IMG/VR virus record: IMGVR_UViG_3300006863_000002
Location: 1-55,594 of that record
DNA from: a virus
Lineage: Duplodnaviria; Caudoviricetes
Reading direction: 5' to 3' (one strand)
Length of the DNA stretch: 55,594 nt
The notes beneath the pieces were generated by a model. The model did not search any database. It had not been told where the DNA came from and saw nothing but the letters and a program-made list of their open reading frames with translations. Below, in pieces: positions 15,964 through 25,109 of this stretch (its first letter is position 1; each line of letters starts with the position of its first letter). The translations under genes were made by a program, and so were the position numbers.

Positions 15964-16766
15964 TGCCAGCCCTAAAAGATCATCATTCGTCAGACACGAC
16001 GAAATTATTGTTTGTAGGCGATAGCGGTGCGGGAAAGACCGGAGCCCTCGCCTCTCTTGCGGCGGCTGGATACAAGGTTCGCATTCTTGACCTCGACAAC
16101 GGCGTGGATGTGCTGCGGGACCTTTTGACGTGCGGCAAATACGCGAAGGACGCCATTGCGAACGTGGAGTATATGACCATTACCGAGCCAATGAAAAACG
16201 TCGGCGGAAAATTGATCCCGGCAAAGGCGAGCGTTTGGCAGCGCACCACATCCATGCTGGGTGAATGGAAAGACGGCGACACGTCGCTTGGCCCAATCAC
16301 GACATGGGATGGCAAAACAGTTCTCGTCATTGACTCCCTCACGATGCTTTCGGACGCAGCGCTTTCCTACATCCTCGCCATGAATGGGAGACTTGGGCAA
16401 CATCCTCACCAAAGCGACTGGGGCCTCGCGCAAGTCCTTGTCGAAAACCTTTTACGTATGCTCTACGATGAGTCTGTGAAGTGCAACGTGATAATCAACT
16501 GCCACATCAAACCGATGGGGGACGAAAGTGGCCCGGAGCGTTACTATCCTAACACCTTGGGAAAAGCGTTACCTCCGAAAGTCGGACGTTATTTCAACAC
16601 CGTATTGCTCGCGCAGAGTTCAGGTCGTGGCGCGTCCCTCAAACGCCAGATCTTCACGACATCCCAAGGCACGATCGAGTGCAAAAATACAGCGCCGTCC
16701 AAAGTTCAGCCGTCATACCCGTTAGAAAGCGGTTTGGCGGATTACTTTGCGGCAGTCCGAAATTAA
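15963..16766 (+). CDS. AAA_24 / Sak4-like ATPase (putative recombinase)
   Basis: GDSGAGKT, ILDLDNG, VLVIDSLT; lies between nuclease and SSB. Confidence 0.85.
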   Translation: MPALKDHHSSDTTKLLFVGDSGAGKTGALASLAAAGYKVRILDLDNGVDVLRDLLTCGKYAKDAIANVEYMTITEPMKNVGGKLIPAKASVWQRTTSMLGEWKDGDTSLGPITTWDGKTVLVIDSLTMLSDAALSYILAMNGRLGQHPHQSDWGLAQVLVENLLRMLYDESVKCNVIINCHIKPMGDESGPERYYPNTLGKALPPKVGRYFNTVLLAQSSGRGASLKRQIFTTSQGTIECKNTAPSKVQPSYPLESGLADYFAAVRN

Positions 16767-16819
16767 CGCGAATGCGTTAATGCTCGCCCCTCACGGGGCA
16801 TATCCTGATGGAGTATAAA

Positions 16820-17254
16820 ATGGCTGTTAATTTTCGTGATCTTCTCGCTGTAAATCTTGATGAAGTCAAAGCACCTCTGGCTCTTCCCGAAGGAACTTAC
16901 CACGGCAACATTGCTTCATTCGAATACGGAGACAACAACAAAAACAAAACTCCCTACGTCCGCTTTTCGATCAAGTTTCATTCTGCGAGCGATGACGTGG
17001 ACCCGAAGGATCTGGCGGACATTGATCTGTCGGCTCGTAAGATGTCCACGGACTTCTATCTCACCCCGGACGCGCGTTTTCGTTTGAAGGACTTTCTGGA
17101 GTCCCTTGGTCTGAAAACGGCTGGTTCGACGTTCGACGAGCTGATCCCGGAGGCGGTCGGGCAGAGCGTGATTGCGTATGTGACGCAGCGCTTTAACCCG
17201 GAGCGCCCGGATGATCCGCCGCGCAACAACATCAAGAGCGTGAAGGGCGAGTAA
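16820..17254 (+). CDS. DUF669-like single-stranded DNA-binding protein
   Basis: LPEGTYHGNI...RLKDFLESLG; position after Sak4-like gene. Confidence 0.7.
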   Translation: MAVNFRDLLAVNLDEVKAPLALPEGTYHGNIASFEYGDNNKNKTPYVRFSIKFHSASDDVDPKDLADIDLSARKMSTDFYLTPDARFRLKDFLESLGLKTAGSTFDELIPEAVGQSVIAYVTQRFNPERPDDPPRNNIKSVKGE

Positions 17255-17315
17255 CAATAACGGGGGAGGCAGGAGCCTTTTGCCTCCCCCACCTTGCAAC
17301 TGACAGGAATTGAAA

Positions 17316-18752
17316 ATGGAAATCTCGCTTAATGCTATTTGGATCGACCGTGCAAGCCGTCAGCGCAAGGAGATCGTGATTGACGATTTGCTCGAAAGCA
17401 TTCCGAGACGCGGAGTTCTTGTGCCGATTATCGTCACGAGCGAGCAAGGCCCGAATGGCCAGCCTTTCAAACTAATCGCAGGCGAACGGCGTTACACGGC
17501 GTCGCGGCAGTTAAAACTTGAATCAATTCCCGCGCGCCTGCTGGACGATCTTTCGCCAACCGAGCAGCGGGTGGTTGAACTCGAAGAAAATCTTCGCCGG
17601 AAGGATTTGGGCTGGCAGGACCAGTGTTTGGCGATGGCGAGCGTGCATGAAATTTTGTCGCAAGCTGGCGGCCCGGACTGGGGCTATAACAATACGGCGG
17701 AAAATCTTGGGTTCAGCCCTTCGTGGGTGAATAGGTGCTGCCGGATCGCCAAGGAACTCCATCGAGATAACGTGCGGCACATGGAGTCTGCGACGCGGGC
17801 TTACAATTTTCTAACTCGTGAGGATGAACGGGTCGCGTCGGACGCCATAAGCAACCTATTGCATACGGCCACGGCGGCGGCTTCTGAGGCGATTGAAAGT
17901 GCGTCGGGTGGTAACCCCCTAGACGACCTTTTGAACGCATCCACGGCCCCGGAAAAGGGCGGCACGGGGGCATCCACAACCGCATTTCAATCCGCACGCC
18001 AAGCACCCCTCATAACACCCGCCGACCAGTCTATTCTCCATCAATCTTTTCTTGACTGGGCTCCAACTTACACCGGCGAACCGTTCAACCTTATCCACTG
18101 CGACTTTCCTTACGGCGTGAATGTTTTCGGTGGAGCGTGGTCTGGGAAACTTACAACTCCGGGGTATAACGACTCCCCAGACATTTATACCGACCTGATT
18201 AAATGTCTGTGTGAAAATCTCGATCGCGTGATGGCGCACTCCGGGCATTTGGTTTTCTGGCTTTCCGGCGACATCAAAATTCAGGCCCGGACGCTCCAGA
18301 TGTTTGCGGAACTTGCGCCGACGCTGGCGTTCAACAACTTCCCGCTCGTCTGGCTGAAAAGCGACAACGTGGGAATTGTGCCGGACCCGAAACGCGAACC
18401 TAGACGCATTTACGAAACCGCGCTGATTGCAAGTCGTGAGGATCGTTTGCTGGTTCGCCCCGTGGCCAACGCAATCGCAGCGCAAACGAACAAGGAGCAT
18501 CACCCCCACACCAAACCTGAACCAGTGCTAAAGCACTTTCTGCAGATGTTTGTGGATAGCAACACAAGATTTCTCGATCCGACATGCGGTGGTGGGTCAT
18601 CGCTGCGGGCCGCAGAAGCCCTCGGGGCAGAGTATGTGCTCGGCCTTGAGATTGACGATGAATACGTAACAAACGCGAGACGAGCCCTCACTCAGTCGCG
18701 TGTGATGCGGAAAGCATCGGCGTTAAAAAAGGAGCAAGCGAATGACGGATGA
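17316..18752 (+). CDS. ParB-N domain / N6-N4 DNA methyltransferase fusion
   Basis: GVLVPIIV...LIAGERRY...ELEENLRRKDL (ParB); IHCDFPYG, HPHTKP, FLDPTCGGGS, GLEID (beta-class MTase). Confidence 0.88.
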   Translation: MEISLNAIWIDRASRQRKEIVIDDLLESIPRRGVLVPIIVTSEQGPNGQPFKLIAGERRYTASRQLKLESIPARLLDDLSPTEQRVVELEENLRRKDLGWQDQCLAMASVHEILSQAGGPDWGYNNTAENLGFSPSWVNRCCRIAKELHRDNVRHMESATRAYNFLTREDERVASDAISNLLHTATAAASEAIESASGGNPLDDLLNASTAPEKGGTGASTTAFQSARQAPLITPADQSILHQSFLDWAPTYTGEPFNLIHCDFPYGVNVFGGAWSGKLTTPGYNDSPDIYTDLIKCLCENLDRVMAHSGHLVFWLSGDIKIQARTLQMFAELAPTLAFNNFPLVWLKSDNVGIVPDPKREPRRIYETALIASREDRLLVRPVANAIAAQTNKEHHPHTKPEPVLKHFLQMFVDSNTRFLDPTCGGGSSLRAAEALGAEYVLGLEIDDEYVTNARRALTQSRVMRKASALKKEQANDG

Positions 18753-19158
18753 AAGTTTAGCTGACCGCATAAACATCCACGACCTTTACGAAACCATCGC
18801 TGATCGCAAACAGGAGCCATTTATGATCCCAGCGCCCCCATCTTCCAATCCGCAAAGCAGTGTCATCGCTGACGCGATTGCCCGCGCCGAACATTTGTTC
18901 GCAATGAAAAATGCAGAATACGGCGACTCCGGCGACATCCTCGCAAACTTTCGGAGACTGGCCGATCAGCAAGGCGTTCCGATGTCAACTGCGTGGTTCT
19001 TTCTCGCAGGCAAACACATCGACACGATCTCGCAATACATCAGAGACGTTCGTGAAAACAAGGCTCGTGCAAGAACGCAGCCTGTTTCTGAACGCATCGA
19101 CGACCTTGTGGTTTACAGCTTGTTGTTGCTGGCGATTGTGGCAGAGGAAAACCGCTAA
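18742..19158 (+). CDS. Nucleotide-modification-associated / dNTP pyrophosphohydrolase-like protein (Nmad1/DUF1599-like)
   Basis: KNAEYG...LANF...KH...ERIDDLVVYSLL. Confidence 0.65.
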   Translation: MTDESLADRINIHDLYETIADRKQEPFMIPAPPSSNPQSSVIADAIARAEHLFAMKNAEYGDSGDILANFRRLADQQGVPMSTAWFFLAGKHIDTISQYIRDVRENKARARTQPVSERIDDLVVYSLLLLAIVAEENR

Positions 19159-19397
19159 TGCTAACGCGCACTCATGGCGAAAAGATCGTTCGTAAATCTT
19201 TCCTTCCAACCGAAAAGGCTGAAGTGAGAGAAGCGAAACGCCAAGCCGCTGAGTTGATCGACTTCACATGGGACTTCATTCCAGACAACATTGACACAAT
19301 TAGCGATGAAGAAACCCGCCTCCTCTCAAAAGCGATCGAATGCTTTGAAGAAGGCTGCATGTGGTTGGTCAAAGGTTTAACTGTAGAGAAGCAGTAA
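19158..19397 (+). CDS. Acb2/Tad1-like helical hairpin protein (putative immune-signal sponge)
   Basis: GEKIVRKSF.P...KRQAAELID...RLLSKAIECFEEGCMWLVKGLT. Confidence 0.6.
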   Translation: MLTRTHGEKIVRKSFLPTEKAEVREAKRQAAELIDFTWDFIPDNIDTISDEETRLLSKAIECFEEGCMWLVKGLTVEKQ

Positions 19398-19398
19398 T

Positions 19399-20454
19399 AT
19401 GCACAACGCAGCGCCAGCATTCGCCCACGCAAGCGGACCACGAGACGCCAAAATCGCAATCGTGGGAGAAGCGTGGGGCGAGCAGGAAGCACTCATCGGG
19501 AAGCCGTTTCAAGGTTACAGCGGGCAAGAACTTACCCGCATGTTGCAAGAAGCTGGGTTGTCTCGTCGTGATTGCTTTTTGACAAACGTGCTGGCGCTGC
19601 GCCCACCAAACAATGATCTGCAAGCCTTGTGCGTCAAGAAAGCAGAATGCGGAGAGGATTATCCCCATCCGCATCTTGGCAAGGTCGGGCAATACCTGGC
19701 CCCTCAATACCTGTCAGAATTGGAGCGTTTGCGAAATGAATTGGAAATCGTGCGCCCTAATCTCACTATCGCTCTGGGTGCTACAGCTTGCTGGGCTTTG
19801 CTTGGCACTAACGGCATTGGAAGTTTACGCGGGACAGTGGCGACAGGAACTCTTGCTGGCGGCAAAGTCCTACCGACCTACCACCCTTCGGCAGTCTTAC
19901 GTAATTGGGCGTGGCGTCCAATCGCTCTCGCGGATTTGATTAAAGCGAAACGTGAAAGCGCATACCCAGAGATCAAACGACCGCGCCGCTACATTCTGGT
20001 GAACCCTACGATTGCGGAATGCCATGACTGGATCGCCAAGCATATACGCGCCGAAACCGCTTGTGACATCGAAACGAAATACGGCATGATCGAGATGGTG
20101 GGGTTCAGCGCGGACGCGGAAAACGCAATGGTCGTTCCGTTCTGGGACAAAGCGAAAGGTGGAAATTATTGGCCATCCCCTCGCATAGAGCGTGACGCAC
20201 GAAATGTTGTGCGTTCGATTCTGGAAAACCCCAACATCGTGAAAATATTCCAGAACGGGCTTTATGACTTGCAATATCTAATGAAAGAAGGTTATCGTCC
20301 TCGTTCGTGCCTTCAAGATACCATGCTCTATCACCATGCCCTTTATCCAGAAATGCAAAAGGGGCTGGGCTTTTTAGGCAGCATCTATACTTCCGAGCCT
20401 GCGTGGAAAACCATGCGCGGGAAAAAGATCACGGAGATGAAGAAGGATGACTGA
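19399..20454 (+). CDS. Family-4 uracil-DNA glycosylase fused to the N-terminal part of a PolA 3'-5' exonuclease
   Basis: IVGEAWG..E...GKPFQGYSG, TYHPSAVLR (UDG); CDIET (ExoI), QNGLYD (ExoII), DTML. Confidence 0.88.
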   Translation: MHNAAPAFAHASGPRDAKIAIVGEAWGEQEALIGKPFQGYSGQELTRMLQEAGLSRRDCFLTNVLALRPPNNDLQALCVKKAECGEDYPHPHLGKVGQYLAPQYLSELERLRNELEIVRPNLTIALGATACWALLGTNGIGSLRGTVATGTLAGGKVLPTYHPSAVLRNWAWRPIALADLIKAKRESAYPEIKRPRRYILVNPTIAECHDWIAKHIRAETACDIETKYGMIEMVGFSADAENAMVVPFWDKAKGGNYWPSPRIERDARNVVRSILENPNIVKIFQNGLYDLQYLMKEGYRPRSCLQDTMLYHHALYPEMQKGLGFLGSIYTSEPAWKTMRGKKITEMKKDD

Positions 20455-20676
20455 ATGCAATCACGCAAACATTCCTTTTTCGAGGCCCTGTTAAACACAG
20501 CCTCTGGGTTTGTCACTTCCCTTCTAACGCAATGGCTGGTTTTCCCATGGTTCAACCTACACCCTTCTTTCCAAGAAAACCTGTCTCTCACTGCGATCTT
20601 TACCATTGTCAGTATTGTAAGGAGCTACGCTTGGCGCAGAATGTTCAACCATCTGCAAACAAAAGGAATGCTCTAA
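20455..20676 (+). CDS. Small two-TM phage membrane protein
   Basis: MQSRKHSFFEALLN...SIVRSYAWRRMFN pattern common in phages. Confidence 0.75.
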   Translation: MQSRKHSFFEALLNTASGFVTSLLTQWLVFPWFNLHPSFQENLSLTAIFTIVSIVRSYAWRRMFNHLQTKGML

Positions 20677-20789
20677 TGCTTTCACCCCTCATCCTCTCGT
20701 TTGTGCCTTTCACATATTACATCGTGACTGGTTCCGAAAAAGCCCTCGCCGTTTGGGTGCTGTTTGTCGCTTGCGGAATGGTGATTTAA
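20676..20789 (+). CDS. Small hydrophobic peptide (37 aa)
   Basis: TAATG-coupled at both ends. Confidence 0.45.
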   Translation: MLSPLILSFVPFTYYIVTGSEKALAVWVLFVACGMVI

Positions 20790-22270
20790 TGCCGATCATT
20801 GACACCAGCACTCTTCAAGAAGGCATTGTGCTCGCGGAGAACGAGCAAATCTATAACGGCCTTGATTGCTGCATCACACATGAAGTTTTAGACTCCATCC
20901 GCGCTATAGGCCCTGCGCCAAAAATCTACGATTTCGCCCGTGCGCTCCAGGCTCCGGTTCTGGACATGATGCAGAGGGGGTTTCGCATTGATACTTATGA
21001 GCGCCAGAAAGGTATTGAGACGCTTAATGCGGAGATCGACCGGCTTACTACTCTGCTTAATCGTCTTAGCTACGCTGTTTGGGACAAACCCCTTAAAGCA
21101 AACTCTCCTAAAATGCTTCAAGAGTTTTTCTTTGGAGTGATGCGTATTCCAGAAATCTGGACTTCAAAAAAGGGAGAGCGAAAACTTTCGATGGACCGCG
21201 AGGCCCTTGAAAAACTCGACAACTATTTTCACGCCAGACCATTTGTTTCGACCATCTTGGCTATTCGAGATGCTGTCAAACAACTTTCAGTTTTAAACAC
21301 CGAAGTCGATTCTGACGGACGCATGAGGACATCTTACAATGTCGCAGGAACAGAAACCGGACGCTTTTCTTCCAGCACTAATGCCTTCGGCACCGGAACA
21401 AACTTACAAAACATCACGTCAAGTTTACGCAAAATGTTTGTGGCTGACCCTGGCTACAAAATTTGCGGCATCGACCTCGAACAAGCAGAGTCTAGAGAAG
21501 TTGGATGGCTTTCGGGCACCATTTGTGGTGACTGGTCTTATCTGGATGCCTGCTATAGTGGCGACCTTCACACTCTTGTCGCAAGGACTGCTTGGCCCGA
21601 ATTGGAATGGACAGACGATCCAAAGCGCGATCGTGCAATCGCAGACACGCCCTTTTACCGTCACCTTACCTACAGAGACATGGCGAAAAAACTCGGCCAC
21701 GGAAGCAATTATCGCGGATTACCTCCAACCATGGCCCGTCATGCCAAGCTCCCAGTCGAAGTCGCAGAGTCTTTTCAGCGAAGATATTTCGAAAGATTTG
21801 CTGGAATACCAAAATGGCATAGATGGGTCGCACAACAGCTTCAAACGGCAAACAGAGTCATCACGCCTTTCGGACGCGAGCGGACGTTCTTCGGAAGAGC
21901 GAACGATGATACGACGCTACGGGAAGCGATTGCGTTTTCACCGCAGAGCGCGACGGCGGATAGATTGAATTTAGTGTTGTGGAGAGTTTGGAAATACATG
22001 CCGCAGGTTCAGTTGATCGCGCAAGTTCACGACGCCCTTTACTTTCAATATCCCGAACACCTCGACGAAGTTGCTGTTATTGACGAAGCCCTTTCACATT
22101 TTCACCTCGCGTTTGAGTGCAACGGCCATGAACTCGTGGTGCCGGGAGAAGCCAAGGTTGGCTGGAATTGGGGAAACTTCGACCCCGCCGCTAACCCTGA
22201 CGGTCTGGCGAAATGGAAAAACAAAAAGGACGAGCGCAAACGCACTCCTCTCCTTTCGCAAAAACTATAA
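20789..22270 (+). CDS. polA: Family A DNA polymerase (ExoIII plus polymerase domain)
   Basis: YNGLDC (ExoIII), TETGRFSS, NLQNI, DLEQAESR (A), RDMAKKLGHGSNY (B), QVHDAL (C). Confidence 0.93.
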   Translation: MPIIDTSTLQEGIVLAENEQIYNGLDCCITHEVLDSIRAIGPAPKIYDFARALQAPVLDMMQRGFRIDTYERQKGIETLNAEIDRLTTLLNRLSYAVWDKPLKANSPKMLQEFFFGVMRIPEIWTSKKGERKLSMDREALEKLDNYFHARPFVSTILAIRDAVKQLSVLNTEVDSDGRMRTSYNVAGTETGRFSSSTNAFGTGTNLQNITSSLRKMFVADPGYKICGIDLEQAESREVGWLSGTICGDWSYLDACYSGDLHTLVARTAWPELEWTDDPKRDRAIADTPFYRHLTYRDMAKKLGHGSNYRGLPPTMARHAKLPVEVAESFQRRYFERFAGIPKWHRWVAQQLQTANRVITPFGRERTFFGRANDDTTLREAIAFSPQSATADRLNLVLWRVWKYMPQVQLIAQVHDALYFQYPEHLDEVAVIDEALSHFHLAFECNGHELVVPGEAKVGWNWGNFDPAANPDGLAKWKNKKDERKRTPLLSQKL

Positions 22271-22305
22271 TGGCGTTTTGCCTATAAGAATTTAAGGGGC
22301 TGCTC

Positions 22306-23496
22306 GTGGACTTTGTTGACTCATTCGTGGCGTTCACGGAAGAACGCCCGTCACCTGCTATTTTCCGTAAATGGGCTGCCATCACAACGCTATCCGGCGC
22401 GCTTGAAAAGCGAGTCTGGACGATGACAAAAGCGGGACCGCAATATGCAAACCTATATGTCATGTTGGTCGCGCCTCCGGGCGTCGGCAAGTCGCAAGCG
22501 ATTAACCCTGCGGAGGGCTTGCTCAAGGCCACCAAAAAGTATCACGTTGCGCCCAACAGCGTCACGGCTGCGTCATACATCGACGCACTTAACCGCGCCT
22601 TCCGCACAGTTTTAAGGCCGAACAATTCCGGCTCTTTCACATACCATCACCTCTTTGTGTTCGCAGCAGAACTCGGCGTTTTCATCAACGCGCATGATCT
22701 GGGATTTTTGTCGATTATCAATGAACTCTTCGACCATAAAGACTCGTATAGAGAAGAACGGCGGCATTCGCTCAAAGACCCGATTGAAATTCCAAACCCG
22801 ATGACGACGTTGCTGTTGGGATCGCAGCCGGGATTTCTTGCCTCGATGCTCCCTGAGACTGCGTGGACGATGGGATGGACTTCGCGCCTTTTGATGGTTT
22901 ACAGCAGCCACGCCCCGCGTGTTTCGCTTTTCGGTGAATACAAAGATACGACCGCGCTCCAAAAGAAGCTCGTGGCGAAGCTCGATGACTGCGCGGATTA
23001 TTATGGTGAGATTAAATGGGACGTTCCAGCGGCAAGGGCGATTGAGGATTGGATTGAAAAGGATTGCCCGCCGATCCCAGACCATCCGAAGTTAGCGAAT
23101 TACTTACCTCGTCGCGGAAAGATTTTCGCCGTGAAACTTGCGATGGTTTCTGCGATGTCACGCGGAGCGGAACTTGCTATTCGATTGCAAGATGTGGAAC
23201 GGGCGAAAGAATGGCTGCTTGAGATTGAAGCGCTCATGCCGCAAATTTTCCGCGATATGATTATGCGCTCCGACGACCAAGTGATCGAGGAGACTTTCCA
23301 ATACGCATTCGCGCTTTACATGAAACATCGCTTGCCGCTAGGCTCCGCAACAATCTTGCGTTTTCTATCCCAGCGCACTCCGGCAGAAAAAGCCGAACGC
23401 ATTTTGTCGTTGATGGAAAAGTCAGGGATTTTTGAAAGAGTTGCGGGCACGGAGAACTATATCCCTCGTGCCCGCGAAATGCACGGCACGGGTTAG
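22306..23496 (+). CDS. DUF3987-like P-loop protein (putative replicative helicase)
   Basis: NLYVMLVAPPGVGKSQAI Walker A; GWTSRLLMV; no primase domain. Confidence 0.75.
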   Translation: MDFVDSFVAFTEERPSPAIFRKWAAITTLSGALEKRVWTMTKAGPQYANLYVMLVAPPGVGKSQAINPAEGLLKATKKYHVAPNSVTAASYIDALNRAFRTVLRPNNSGSFTYHHLFVFAAELGVFINAHDLGFLSIINELFDHKDSYREERRHSLKDPIEIPNPMTTLLLGSQPGFLASMLPETAWTMGWTSRLLMVYSSHAPRVSLFGEYKDTTALQKKLVAKLDDCADYYGEIKWDVPAARAIEDWIEKDCPPIPDHPKLANYLPRRGKIFAVKLAMVSAMSRGAELAIRLQDVERAKEWLLEIEALMPQIFRDMIMRSDDQVIEETFQYAFALYMKHRLPLGSATILRFLSQRTPAEKAERILSLMEKSGIFERVAGTENYIPRAREMHGTG

Positions 23497-23525
23497 CCCC
23501 ATGCCATACTCACTACAAGGTGTGC

Positions 23526-25109
23526 TTAATACTGAACGCAGTAAAGCACGCCGTAATTCTTCGGAGTTGTCTCCGTCACACCAGTAGGATCGGTTGTGCT
23601 CCCCGCTGCAGTAGCGCCCTGCGTGATAGCCTGAGTAGTGCCGCCTTGCACAAGACCACTCGTCGTTGCACCCGCAGTATAAAGATGCGAATGGGACGCA
23701 AGAGAGTCGTCGACAAATGCCCCAAGCACCTGAGCATTTAATACATCCGCAGCGGTAATGGCCGTAGATGCGACAACTTGTGCAACACTGAGGGTATAAG
23801 TGCCCGCGCCACCAGTTCCGCTGCCATATGCGGTAATGGTCGTGCCGGGGGTCACGCCTGTTCCTGAGATTACTTGTCCGATTTTTAATTGACCAGAAGT
23901 CACGGCGGTCACAGTCAATATGCCGTTCGGACCTACCGTGGCGATAGAACCTGTAACCGACGCCACATTTGCGATTTGCGTTTTACCGTCCGTGATGCCC
24001 CGCAGAAAAGTTCCACGGAAATCAGGAAGCGTAAAGTTACCAGCCGTGGCTGGACCCCAAGTCGTTCCAAGTGCCGCATAAAGACCGGGATAGGTCGTTT
24101 GCGAAACTGCCGAACCATCCGCTTTTATCCAGCCGGTAGGGCAAGTGCCGGTAGCAAACCCAGCAACCTGTCCCGAAGCGCCACCCGATCCACCCGTGAC
24201 CTGCAGCACTCGCCAAGAGTTTGTCCCTTGGTAAAGCACCGTCAACGACGCGCCGGAATTAACAACAATGTTGCCACCAGATGGTGTAGCGATGTTTGCG
24301 CCAGCCACAACAGTATTCGTGCCGTTGAACTGCAAGAAGAAGATGCTGTTCGCGGCAGCCGATGCGCCACCGGCACCAAAGTTCGAAATGTTGACGCCAG
24401 ACCCTGTGACGTTCACAACATGCGAGGACGAGGCGTTAAGGTCCATCGTGACGGCAGCAGGCACGTTATTGGCAAAACCAAACAGGCGGGAATTGTTAGT
24501 GACGAGATGAAAAGCACCCGTGCCGCTATCATAGGTCACGCCGATGATATTGCCCGCCACGACTTCACCGCCCGTCAACGCAACCGTGCCGGTAGGCGTG
24601 TCACGAATAACGCTAATAGCTGATCCACCATTAACCGCAAGCGTCAAAGCTGACGTGTTCGAGGAGCCAGCCTTGAAGTAAAAGGTCTGGCCATTCGTGC
24701 CGGAAAACGCACTCACACTTACAGTTTGGGCATTTGCCGTTCCGCCACTCGTTCCACCCCAACCCAAGTTCGAGGCGCTTGATGTGTCGGAAGTGTATCG
24801 AGCCCAGATTTGGTTATTGCTTGAGTCTTTTAGAACTTGGCAATACGAACCGGAGCCAAAGATGACCGCACGACCGGCAGCATCCAAGGTGATCGGATTG
24901 GTGTTGAGCACTGTTCCAGCTTCATTCTGGTAAGTGTTTTTTAAGATCGTGCAGGTCGGAAAGTTGCTGTAAAAATACACCTTGCCGGAAGCATACGGCT
25001 TGCCGTTACCGTCGATGAACTGCTGCTCACCGTTCGGCATAAGTGTTGCGCCCCATAAGGCGCTTGTGCTGTATAAAAATGCCGCAAGGGCTCCTGTTAC
25101 CTTTTTCAT
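23526..25109 (-). CDS. Tail fibre with head-binding-like N-domain and tail-collar domain
   Basis: [15 protein letters not shown]...[12 protein letters not shown]; [10 protein letters not shown]...[13 protein letters not shown]...[13 protein letters not shown]; [15 protein letters not shown]. Confidence 0.85.
   Translation of the reverse strand: MKKVTGALAAFLYSTSALWGATLMPNGEQQFIDGNGKPYASGKVYFYSNFPTCTILKNTYQNEAGTVLNTNPITLDAAGRAVIFGSGSYCQVLKDSSNNQIWARYTSDTSSASNLGWGGTSGGTANAQTVSVSAFSGTNGQTFYFKAGSSNTSALTLAVNGGSAISVIRDTPTGTVALTGGEVVAGNIIGVTYDSGTGAFHLVTNNSRLFGFANNVPAAVTMDLNASSSHVVNVTGSGVNISNFGAGGASAAANSIFFLQFNGTNTVVAGANIATPSGGNIVVNSGASLTVLYQGTNSWRVLQVTGGSGGASGQVAGFATGTCPTGWIKADGSAVSQTTYPGLYAALGTTWGPATAGNFTLPDFRGTFLRGITDGKTQIANVASVTGSIATVGPNGILTVTAVTSGQLKIGQVISGTGVTPGTTITAYGSGTGGAGTYTLSVAQVVASTAITAADVLNAQVLGAFVDDSLASHSHLYTAGATTSGLVQGGTTQAITQGATAAGSTTDPTGVTETTPKNYGVLYCVQY

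Noticed and set aside
20455-20788. Group I intron or intein splitting the polymerase
   Set aside because: The gap is filled by two translationally coupled small ORFs; no intron core, homing endonuclease or intein motifs recognised
23526-25109. Diversity-generating retroelement targeting the tail fibre
   Set aside because: No reverse transcriptase and no template/variable repeat pair seen
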